Source: Chiloscyllium plagiosum (lineage: Eukaryota). From it: a DNA stretch of 46,940 nucleotides. The notes under the pieces were generated by a model. The model was not told where the DNA came from, did not search any database, and worked only from the letters and a program-made list of their open reading frames with translations. Each line of letters starts with the position of its first letter. The stretch's first letter is position 1. The stretch spans positions 70,074,428 to 70,121,367 of the forward strand of contig NC_057718.1 of the NCBI RefSeq assembly GCF_004010195.1. The letters run 5' to 3'. The position numbers and the translations under genes are program-made. Below are positions 24,201 through 35,409 of this stretch, piece by piece.

Positions 24201-24529
24201 ACATATAGGCCTACTTCTACCTCCCTTAGAACTGTGAAAATAATAAGGGAAAATAAGACACAGCAACATCTGACCCCACATTCCTAAACACCTACACTTA
24301 CCTCAGCCCTCAATGTTTCCCAATCTACAGCTAGCATTCTATGCTGGTAACATTTGGGTCTTGTTTTTACACTTCAGGCCTACCCTTCTTCACGAACCAG
24401 ATTTCACCAGTTTACTTAATTAGCTTAATCAGCCTAATTAGCTGCCCCAGGTGCTACACTTGCCTTAAGCCTCAGTTCCCAGCATTTCACTCTCTGCAGC
24501 AGTCCATTAATTAACATCTCTTGTTAAAG

Positions 24530-25480
24530 ATGGCCATTGCCTAGCACAAATGCCACTTGCCACTTCTCAGATGTAGCCTAAACATTGACAGTTCTAGAGG
24601 AGTTGCTAATGATGCTGAACTTTATGCAATTATCAACAAAGATTCCTACTTATTGTCTTACAATAGAAGGAAAGTCATTGACGAAGCAACTGCAGATGTT
24701 TGGGTCTAGGACACTACCCTATAGTATTCTAGGGCTCTTGTGGCACCACCCCTACCTTTGAACAAAGGTCCAGGTTCAGGTCCCACTTCCTATAGAAGTG
24801 TGCCTTAACATCTCTGAACAGATTGTTTGTAAAACACCTACTCTGTGGAACTCTGGCACTGATGCCCTGGGACTGAGATTATTGAACTCCAACAGCTGCA
24901 ACCGTCTTTTTTTTTAATATGCTGTTAGTCCAACAGAGAGTTTTCTCCCTGAGTTACCCCACTTTTTCTGCACAGATGATACTCAGCAATTACCGCATTG
25001 CCAAGTAAATGCCAGTGTTGCAACTCCACTGGAACAGCTTGGCTATAGCTAGATCTGAAGCACAAGTTTTCATTACTGGAATGTTCTTAGGGCCTACTTC
25101 CTTTGCAATTCCTAGTGCCTTCAACCATTTTGTTGATATCATACAAGGTGAATCAAATTGGCTAAAGACTGGCACCTGTGATATTGGAGACTTATAAACA
25201 AAGTTGAGCTGGATCATCCAGTTGGTGTTTGGGATTGAAAATGATTGCAAAAGCTTCATGCTTGCTTTTTGTACTCATGAGATTCTCCACCTTTGAAGAT
25301 GTTTATGGAACATCCTCCTATTTAATTGTTTTCCAACATTCCCATGATTATGGGAGGACTGCAGAACGTAGATCTGATAGAATGGTTGTGGGATTGCTTA
25401 GTTCTGTCTGTTGCATGCTGCTTCTCTGTTTAGAATATATGTAATCTTTTGCTGGAGCTTCACTATATTGGCACCTCATT
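24530..25480 (-). mobile_element. CR1/L2-group LINE fragment, same family as 35410-38485, with a short SINE-like insert at about 24725-24835
   Basis: WLKALGIAKEVGPKNIP, KTCASDLA, NTGIYL parallel 36735-36870; GSVLDPNICSCFVND. Confidence 0.8.
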
Positions 25481-25489
25481 CCATTTTAA

Positions 25490-26570
25490 ATCGACACTAG
25501 TTCCACATTCTATCCTTTGGCGCATAAACTTGAATGTTTTGACATTGCTTGTATTGCATCCAACTATCTTTTAAATGTTGTGGAGTTTCCCACCTCAACT
25601 GCCCTCCCAGTTAGCGCATTTCACCCTCTGGGTGAATTTTTTTTCACTTAAATCCCCTCTAAACCTCTTGCCTTTCACTTTAAAATTATGCCCTCTTAAC
25701 TCCCCTTAAATATGTGGAGAAAAGACATTACAGCTAAATTAGCAGATGACTCAAAGGTGGTTAGGAAAGTATAATGTAAAGAGAACACAAGGAGAATGAA
25801 GACTGGTATAGATAGGTTGAGCAAAAACCTGGCAGAGTATAATGTGGGAAAATACAAAGTCGTTCACTTTGGAAGGCAGAATAAAAATTCAACATATTAC
25901 TCAAATGGAGACTGACTGCAGAATTATGAGGTACAGAATCACATTAATAACAAATCATAGTATGGAGGTACAGCAAGAAATTCAAGCTAATGGAATGCCA
26001 TCCTTTATTACAAGAGAAATTGTACAAGAAAAAAGTAAGGATGTTCAGTTATATAGGGCTTTGGTGAGATCGTATCTCGAATATTTTGTGTTATTTTGGT
26101 CTCCTTTTTTAAGGAAGGCTGTAAATCAGTTGGAGGTGATTCAGAGGTGTTTTACTGTTTAGTGGCCCAGAAAATGTGGGTTGATTTTTGAGGGAAAGTT
26201 GGTCAGGCTAGGCTTGCTTCCTTTCGATTTTAGAAGAGTGAGGAATGATTTCATGAAAGTGTCAAGACTGTTTAAAATGTCATAAGGTTGTTTGGAAAGG
26301 TTGTTTCCTCTTGTGGGTGAGTGCCGAACTAGGGAGCACTGCTTAAAAATTAGGTCAGAGATGCTGATAATTTTGTTTAGCTCAGATGATTGTGCAACTT
26401 TGAAACTCTCTGCCTCAGAAGACAGTAGAGGTAGGGGAAGATAGATAGATAGATAAGGAATCAAAGGTTAGGGGAATAGATGGGAATGTGGAATTCAAAA
26501 CAGAACTTATTTAATGGCAGAGCAAAACTTGAGGAGCCAACTTCTGCTTCTAATTCATATGTTATATTCA
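25490..26570. mobile_element. Minus-strand CR1 fragment (25490-25710) abutting a plus-strand CR1 3' portion (25720-26570)
   Basis: KLADDSKV, LYRALVRSYLEYFVLFWSPFLRK; tail ending ttcatatgttatatt. Confidence 0.85.
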
Positions 26571-26829
26571 CATGTAGGCCACCACATGAGGGTGGTGGTA
26601 GAAGTCAGCCTTCATACCCATCGGGGAACTCTAGGACTTTTTGCAAGTGATACTTAATTACTGAGACACTGTTCGATTGGTCATGGACAGGTGGAATTCT
26701 CTATTACTTCCATTCATGTCCATACAGCAACTGTGGCAGCTCCAGAATGGACAGGAACATAAGGCAGCTATGCCAAGGTTTTCCCCCGTACTTGCTTAGT
26801 AAGTTGTTTTAACTGGAGATGGTGTCACA

Positions 26830-29620
26830 TAATGCAAATATCCATAGCTAAGCTCAACTTCAATGGCAGTAGAAATGCTTAATGCAGATTTCTCGTGTCT
26901 CTGGGTTCAGGAGTATGTTGTGAGCCTTCTGTAAGAATCCCATATATTTTTGAGGAGACAAAGTCACGTGGCTCCAGGAGTGACAGGGAAGGGTGTCATC
27001 TGACCTCCAATTCTGGCAGGGTGGCTACCTTGTTGGCACCTTTTTTCAATCTGAGATCTTAAGGTCCCAGGTGTGCCAGTGGTTCCCTTTGTGAACATCT
27101 TGGACGGAACCTAGCAGATGTACTTCTTTTGAAGAAGGCTCTATCAATGTGGGTGAACACATTCTTCTTGGGGGAGATTTCAATTGCGCCCTCCAGGGGA
27201 GGGACCGTGCAGTACCCAGAGGAGCTCAGCATTGATGGGGATGTTGAGAGACTTGGTTAACACCTTTTGACTTGGTAGACATCTGGTGAAATCTCCATTC
27301 CAATGCCATTACTTTTGTGAGGCCTGGGGTTGGAGTGTCCAGAATTGACCACCTGTACTTTTCCAGGGCATACTGCTCTTGTGTTCCGAAGCCCTCAACA
27401 CAACAGGTGCTGTTCTCTGATCACAGTCTGATGTGGGGAGAGCTTGTTCCATTCAATGCCAGGATGAGGTTGGTGTACTAGCACTTCTAACAACCTGCTG
27501 CTACAGGATGAACAGTTCCACTACTCACTTCATCACTTCTGGACCAGCTGGAGAAGGAAACAGGTCTTCCCTTCCTTCAGGCTATGGTGGGACATGGGCA
27601 AAGCTCACATCTGCATCTTCTGTCGGTACGAGTGTCGACAAAGCAGTAGAAACCTAGAATCAGGTTGAAGGACGTGCTTGACCTGGAGTCACATCTTGGT
27701 CAGCCTGATGTGGACTTAGCCCTGCAGTGCGTATATGAAAACAAAAAGGTCACACTTCGTGACCTGCAGCTGGTCAGGTCATGGAGTTCACTAGCAGTTC
27801 CTTGTGCTGCTACGGACGACAGATCTCTCACTTTGAATCAAGAGGGCATTGAGACCCAAGTGTAGGATCCTTCGAATGGGGAAGCTTTTTGTGGGAGGAT
27901 CTACCATAGGTCAGCCCAAAGTGTGTCGAGAGGCTCGACTCTCTTGAATCTGGCAGAGCTGACCGACACCTTTTTTGACTGACTTTCCAGGGGCAAATTC
28001 TCAGGACCGCACAGGCTAACTGTGTAGTCCCCTAGGATGTCCTGGGAAGTCTCGGTGGGAGGGGAGCCAATTATGTGCACATTCAGGAAGAATGTATTGT
28101 GACTGGAGCAATGTGTCTTTTTTGGTGCAGGGCAGTTTTCACTCTATTGTCCAAGAAGGTGGATCTCCATTTGTTTTAAAGAATTGGGGTCTATCTCCGC
28201 CCTCAGCACAGACTTCAAAACCTTCACTGGGACACTTTGAACTCCCCTCGGTACCATGCTGACTACACGGTCAACCCAGACCAGCTCTTTGTCCAGTTCA
28301 GAGCATCCATGACAACATTCTCCTGGTCCGGGGAATAAATCATTATTCCCAGAGGCTGACCTGTCAAGCACCTTTCCCCGATTCAAAAAAAGACAGTCGA
28401 CAGAGTGGATCATGAATATTTGTTCAGGATGCTACAGACTTTTGGGTTTGGGACTCACTTTGTTGCCTGGCTGAATGATGCAGACACAGGTGACTGCAAG
28501 GGCCTAAATCCACTTCTGGTTTGTGATCCAAGGCATCCAGAGCCAAATGGACAATGCAATCAGCCCCAACACCTCCCATGCGCTCAAGGTGGTTAGGTAC
28601 TGGACGAACTGACCTCTGTTTGTCTGGAACTCGACATCATCCCTGTGTCACAGGCCCTCTCACATGGCGCAGTGCCCTACAATCTGAGCAGTCTCAGGAA
28701 TATCATCCCTGTGCCCTTTTCTTTTTGGATGGCACAAAGGCACTATCTGTGTGGGCTGATGTTGCACTCTCTCCACTGCTGTGCCTTCACCTAGCACCCG
28801 GACACACCTTGGGGTGGCGCTTTTGCCCTCCAGCAGTGGAAGTCCGCAATGGAGGGTCCCCTACAAAACGGTTGTCCCCTCTCTTACATTGGGGATATAG
28901 GTTGGAGACTGCTCAATGTGTCTATCCCATACAACCAGTGACGAGGAAGATGTACTAGATGGCAGACCATGCATATTCTGTGCAGCATCCACAATCCCAG
29001 CGAGTACAGCTCAGCTACAATCAAAGTGGGTTCAGCTCATCCACAGTCCCAGTTTCATACAGGCATAGAGACATACAGCATGGAAACAGACCCTTCGGTC
29101 CAAGACAGTATTCCATATTTGTGTTGAGTGTGTCCAGTTACTTAGCTGTTTTTTTTTGAGGAGACTGTTCTTAAAATTCTGGTTGCACTTCAGTTCTACA
29201 CTCCAGTTCTACACTCCAGGGAGAAGCGGACAAGGCTGAGTCATCTTATGGCTTTGCTCCTGGCATAGTTCCAGACATAGCTGAGGAGGGGCTTGTTGTT
29301 TCTGACTGTCTGCCCCTATTTCACGGTTACATCCATGCTCTTGTGTTCCTGCTCAAGAGACATAATGCTGCTCTCCAATATGATGGAGATCTCATTTGAT
29401 TTTAGTTTGGTGCCCCAGGAAGAGTGCTGACTTTTTTTTTCTTGTTGTTGTATTGACTATGGACCCCTTGAAAGAGCCAAAGGGTCTTTTTATTTTAACT
29501 CTGTCTTGTCCCTGTCCCAGAAGTGTTTGATGGGGTCAATGTAATTTTCATTTGCAATGGGTAGAGGAGCCTTTTCCTCTGACTTTTTAGAACTTTTACT
29601 TTTCTGTTGTAAGAGTAGAG
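26830..29620 (+). mobile_element. Tx1-clade (L1-group) LINE ORF2 relic
   Basis: APE motifs IAKLNFNG, ILLGGDFNCAL, DLVDIW, VSRIDHLYFS, FSDHSL; WWDMGKAHI; RT motif DRVDHEYLFRMLQTFGFGTHFVAW. Many stops and deletions. Confidence 0.85.
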
Positions 29621-30124
29621 TAACCTTTTACACTTAACACAGTACTGTCCCTGGCCCAGGAGTATCTGATGGAGGCTGTCGAGGAAATTGCTTAGTCTTG
29701 TTTCAAGAACCTTTATTTTTCATGAGTTCACGGAAAGGCTGCCACACAGTCTCCACTGTCCCACAGCACTCCTAATCTGAACAAATAACTTTGCTTACAT
29801 TCCACACTCTGCTTATCTTTATCTTGAATTATTGTACAGTGCAGTTATCTCCTTGTTGCTCAAGGACAGAGAAGCTTAAGAGCTCAGGAAGCACCCCTAC
29901 TAACGAGTCTATGATATAGTCCCTATATTTTGCCAAAATGTGTAATTATAATCTCCCAGTCTTTATTTCCAGCAGTATTTTCCCACTAAAGCGAGAGACT
30001 GAGAGTCAAGATAGTTTTTTAGCTTGGTCAAGTATTCCATCATGCAGCACTATACCAAGTTCTTATTATTACCACAGGGGCATTGTCACGTGTTTTGACT
30101 TTTCTGGTTGAATCTTTTGTTTTA

Positions 30125-31460
30125 AGAGTAGAGGGTTGTTTTTCAGACTAGGGGCATGTGACCAGCATTGTGCCACAAGTGTGTCCATTTTCTTTCATTT
30201 TAGATAAAAGATTTGGACGAACATAAGAGACATGGTGGGAATAATGCTGAGCAGCTTCAGAGGTTCATTGACTTGTTGGCTAAATAGGCTGCAATTCAAT
30301 GTACAGAAATGTGAAGTGATACATTCTGATACAAGAAACAGGCAGAGACCATTCCGGCTCAATGGTATGACTTTGAGGGGAGTACAGGAGGAGGGGGACC
30401 TTAGGGTTCACATATCAGATTCTCTGAAGCTGGCCAGACAAATTGAAACAGTTAAGGCTTATAGCATCCTTGGGTTTATCAATAGAGGCAAAGTGTATAA
30501 AAGCAAGAACATGATCTCACACCTCTAAAAATCTTTGGTCAGATTACATTGGGAGTATTGTTTCAGTTCTGGGCATCTTACTTAAGGAAGGATATTAAAA
30601 TCCTGGAGCGAGTTTAAAGGAGGTTTACTAGAATGGTACCAAGAATGAAGGGTTTTTAGATGCAAGCGACGATTAGAGAGATTGGGCTTGATCTCCTTGA
30701 AGAAGAGAAGATTAAGAGATAGTCAAATTTATGAACCATTTTGACACCATAAAGAAGGATATTCTATTTCCACTTGCTAGTGTGTCAGTAACTAGGGGGT
30801 CACAACTTCAAGATTGACAGCAAGAGCACTAAGAGTGAGGGATGAGGAGAAACTTCTTTCAATCCAACAACAATCCAAGAGTTGTTAGGATTTGGAATGT
30901 GCTGCCTGGAAGAATGGTTGGATTCCACAGGAGGTTTCAAAAGAGAGCTGGATGTATATTTGAAAGGGACGAAGTTGGAAGACTATGGAATTAGGGCTGG
31001 ATAGGGCTGGGTAGCCTTTCTGGGAGCCAGTACAGACATGATGGGTTGAATGGTCTCCTTCTGACTTGTAAACTTCTATGAACTGGGCCAATGGGCTGAG
31101 GAATAGCAGATGGAGTTTTAATTAGATAAATGCGACATTCTCCATTTTGGTAAGACAAATTTGGTCAGCACTTAAATTATTAATGGTAGGGCCCTGGAGA
31201 GTGTTGTCAAACAGAATGATGTGGGTACATGTACACAGTTCCTTTGAAAGTGATGTCACAAGTAGACTGGGTGATGAAGGTCTTTGACATACTTGCCTTT
31301 ACCAGTCAGAGCTTTGAGTAAAGGAATTGGGAAGTCCTGTTACAGCTGTACAAGATATTGGTAAGGCCACATTTGGGGTACTGCATGCAATTCTGGTTGT
31401 CTTGCTAGAGAAAAGATGTTGTTAAACTGGAGAGGGTACAAAATAAATTTACAAGGATGA
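30125..31460 (+). mobile_element. Two consecutive CR1 fragments (30125-31080 and 31081-31460)
   Basis: FNVQKCEVIH, KAYSILGFINRG; tail near 31050-31080; the second piece carries LYKILVRPHLGYCMQFW. Confidence 0.88.
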
Positions 31461-31504
31461 GAGAATTTAGACCTCAGTTGCACGCAATGCTTATATGCTG
31501 GAAA

Positions 31505-32080
31505 CAGAGTCATAGATGTACAGCTCAGAAACAGACCATTTGGTCCACCTGTCCATACCAACCAGATATCCTAAATAAAACTAGTCCCATTTGCCAGCAC
31601 TTGGCCCATATCCCTCTAAACTCTTCCTATTCATTAACTCAGCCAGATGCTTATAAATGTAATTGCACCAACCTCCACCATTTTCCTCTGGCAGCTCATT
31701 CCATACAGTTGCCCCTTTGGTTCCTTTTTATATATTTCCCCTCTCTCACCCTAAACCTATGCCCTCTAGTTCTGGACTCCCTCCCATCCCCCCCACCCCC
31801 ACCCCCAATGCAGGGAAAATACCTTGTCTATTTATCTATCCACGTCCCTTATGATTTTATAAAACTCTAAGATCACCCCTCAGCCTCCAACACTCCAGGG
31901 AAAACAGCCCCAGCCTATTCAGCCTCTTCCTTTCAACTCGAATCCTGCAACCCTGGCAACATTCTTGTAATTCTTTTCTGAACTCTTTCAAGTTTCACAA
32001 AATCCATCCAAAAGGAAGGAGGTCAGAATTGCATACAATATTGCAAAAGTGGTGTAACCAATGTCCTGTACAGCCACAAC
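31505..32080 (-). mobile_element. CR1 3' portion
   Basis: Collinear with 12817-13378. Confidence 0.9.
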
Positions 32081-33196
32081 ATAGCTAATGATAGCTATAC
32101 CTGGTAATTTTGGACCTGATGCAGTGGTTATTGCTATCTTGATATTTACACCACCTCCATTGTTTTCCTGCTGCTTGGCCCTCAGCTGAGGGCATTCGGA
32201 CAGCCTTTCAGTGGGCCACAATGTATCCTCCTCAAACCTTGCAAACTCACCCATCATCCCGAAATGTAAAACAGCTGTGGAGGCAATTTACTAGTTGAGA
32301 TGTTTCCCATAAAGCATTGCCAGAAACCCTGGTTTTTCATCAAAAGGTGGCTGATCTTGGATATCACCTGATATTGGGTTACTATCCTGTCTAGCAAAAT
32401 TCAGCACATTGCCTGGTGCTGTTGAGAGGTATCTGATAGATTTCAGGCTTGTGTGCATTGGGCCAAATGTCCTACTTCCACACTGTCAGGATTATGTGAT
32501 CCTGAGTCACCTTCCTAGATACCAATCCCATTATTACCAAGTAGTTGCTTGGAACTGTTGGACATCTATAAAGAAACTCCATGATGAAATGGAGATATCC
32601 ACACCCCATTCCTGATGTTGAAATCAGTCTCCGCTTCTAGCTGAAAGCTTATCTTCTCCTCCACCTCCCTCTTTAAACAGCTTGCCTTCTGCTGTCAGGG
32701 ATCAGGGATCAAGCAGACTGAGCAGACCCTCAAAATTTTGACTAGGGCCTTCCTTGCATATCTTATGACTTCCTGTAAACTTCAACAACTCAAAGCAGCA
32801 GCACAAACCTGGAAGCACATCAAAAACTCAGCAGCAGCCTGTAGAACTCCAATGGTATCCAACCAGACAGTTGACAATCCCTTTTAACATTGCTGGTGGG
32901 CTTGCAGGTTTCGAGGAATGGGGATATTTCAAGTTCAGCTGTGTGAGATTAACAATAGCATTAGCTGCAATGTTGAGGATGAAAATGGCACAACATCAGT
33001 GTTGCCATTAAGCTGCCTTCTCTCTTCCATGCACAGTCACAGATGACCTACTTAAAATTGACTACAAAATTACTCAAACTAGAATTATGTATAGGTGGCA
33101 AGAACAATATGTTTGCACAAAACAGGCCCTTGTGGCACTGTAAGTACAAGCGCTGCATTTCCAACTTACGTAACTACACAATCTGAATCCTCCAAC

Positions 33197-33308
33197 AAAA
33201 TGCTGGAAATCTGAAACAAAAATTGAAATAGCCAAAGAAACTCAGCAAATCTGGCAGCACCTGTAAAACAGAGTCAACATTTTTGGGTCCAGTGCTCCTT
33301 CTTTAGAA
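33197..33308 (-). mobile_element. PLE terminal-repeat remnant (family B), degenerate HHR
   Basis: Minus strand reads CTAAAGAAGGAGCACTGGACCCAAAAATGTTGACTCTG..., homologous to 1345-1460. Confidence 0.6.
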
Positions 33309-33369
33309 GCCCTTTCTTCTCCTTTCTTTGTTTCTCTTTAATTTTTGCAACAGTTTCTAGAATACTGAA

Positions 33370-33542
33370 TGGACTCTCAAACTCAAACTCTTAACATGTG
33401 CCTGCACCTGTGCTTTTGTTTTTGCTGCTGTTTATCTATTATTTACTGATCTATGCTACTTTGTGATCTGCCTGTATTGCTCGCAAAACAAAGCTGTTCA
33501 CTGTGCCTCAGTACACGTGACAATAAGTTCAATTCAATTTAA
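33370..33542 (+). mobile_element. LINE 3' end (Rex1/Babar- or L2-like)
   Basis: AAAGCTGTTCACTGTGCCTCAGTACACGTGACAATAA followed by (TTCAA)n. Confidence 0.5.
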
Positions 33543-33871
33543 TTTTCCTTTCTCTCTCCTACACACTTCATTTTTTATCATTCTTTAATCTTTTCACACT
33601 ACAACCAAGGACCAAAATCACTCTAATATTTCTCCTCAAACTCTTCTATTTCAATCTCTCTATCTTCTATCTTTCACCAAAATTTATATTTTTCTATCTT
33701 TCTCTCTTCCTTTTAAGTAAGTCACATTCTCTCATCTTGCCTTCTCTCAGTCTTTAAACTTCATCTATTTCCTTTTACGTCTCTGTCTCTTACATTATAT
33801 CATTCTCATCTACACTTTTTCCACTGGAGTTGCTAAATAATGACTCGTGATTTACTTTTCGTTTCCCTTAC

Positions 33872-34090
33872 CTGCCCTATGTTTGTCATTTCACTGCGTG
33901 TGGCGATAGGTGTATGATCAGAAAGTTCAACAGGAAGTGTTCCATTAGTACTTGTAGGTGTATGCTCTTGCAGTGGAACAGTAGGTGGTCACAAGACTGA
34001 CGTGTGTGTCACTGGAATATTTCTTGGTATTTCCCCATTCGACTCAATCTTCAAATCAGTTGCAAAGTTCTGTGTTGTAAATATTGAAGC
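33872..34090 (-). other. Candidate 219-nt phase 0-0 exon, S/T/P-rich, with one in-frame TGA
   Basis: Acceptor tttctttctcacag| and donor CAG|gtaagg; 73 codons ASIFTTQ...THTSVL*PPTVPLQEHTPTSTNGTLPVELSDHTPIATRSEMTNIGQ. Confidence 0.55.
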
Positions 34091-34937
34091 CTGTGAGAAA
34101 GAAATCATAAACAAAGCTGTTGCAAAGTTTTATCCTGTACTACATATGATTCATTGTTTTTAAACTATACTACATTTCAGTGCTTCAAAGTTGAATTTTG
34201 CGGAAATATCAACAAAGGTTTGTCACTGAATAGCTAACTAAAGATTTGTAACCACAAACATCACAGCCAAGGGCAAGTCTGTCATGTTTTACAGCTACAC
34301 GTTGGCAATTTTCTTTTGCAATTTTAAAGAGCTAATATGGCAAGTCTACATTCTTGTGGTTTGAGAAGAGTTGAATCAGAACATCACGATAACCATAAAT
34401 AAAATAGACTATTCTTCCCATCATGATCCATCCATCCAGTTAGATTCTAGCACCCACATACCCATCCCCATATGAACATTCGTCATTGTAACATTCAATT
34501 CTTTCTCTCTAAAAGGGTGTTAGGTAGTTCATGATTCTATCAGACTGTTCACACCTATTATGTTTGACAAGTTAAATTTGAAGGGAATGCTGTCGGTGTT
34601 ATCTATATGGAATTTAATAAAGTGTTTTGACAAACCACCAAATAAAAGGCTGCTAAATAGAATTGTGGATCATGGAAAGGGATGTAGTATTAACTTAGCT
34701 ATTTTTTGCCCCTCAGCCAATTTTAAAAAATCAATTTGTGGTAAGTAGTACTCTTTTTGAGAATGAAGAATGGTAGACACTGCTGTTCCCAAGGCTTAGT
34801 GTTAGGTTAATGTTAAAACTCTGAATTGTATCAATAATTTTTCACACAAGGAAGAATTTCCTGTGTAGATTTCAGTCACTGACATGTCCACAATATCTGT
34901 GACTGCTGCAGTATATTTTCTGGAAAGCAATGCTTTT

Positions 34938-34982
34938 CCCCTCCCCTCCGCCGCACACCCATGCACCCTAATCTATTCCCCC

Positions 34983-35019
<37 letters not shown>

Positions 35020-35065
35020 NCCCCCCCTCCCCACCCCCCCCCCCCCCACCTGACACAACCCCCCA
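34938..35065. repeat. Poly-C tract containing an ambiguous base (N at 35020)
   Basis: Near-pure C run at 34978-35050. Confidence 0.95.
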
Positions 35066-35409
35066 AATATTGATTTTATTTTTAATATAAGTTCAGTGAT
35101 GATGGCATTGAATATCAAAGAGAGATGATTAGATTATTTGTCATTCACATGCCTGTTGTATCTGCGTGTAACATTTTATGATTTCTATGCAAGTATCCAA
35201 ATCTCTTTACAAAATCATCTCACGAAAAGAAGTTCCACCTATCCAGTCTTCATGCCAAAGTAGCTAATTTCACATAATATATTCATATTACATCTGCCAC
35301 CTTCATGCCCAATTACTTAATTGGTATAGTCTTTTGGAGCCTCTTTGTGTTCTTCTCAGAGATTATCTTTCCAATTTGCATCATCATCCGGCCTAGCAAG
35401 TCACTCAGT

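Noticed and set aside
33545..33825. Long pyrimidine-rich stretch
   Set aside because: Low-complexity sequence with no periodic unit and no convincing plus-strand exon directly after it.
34876..35118. Poly-Gly and poly-Pro ORFs
   Set aside because: Translations of the homopolymer tract.
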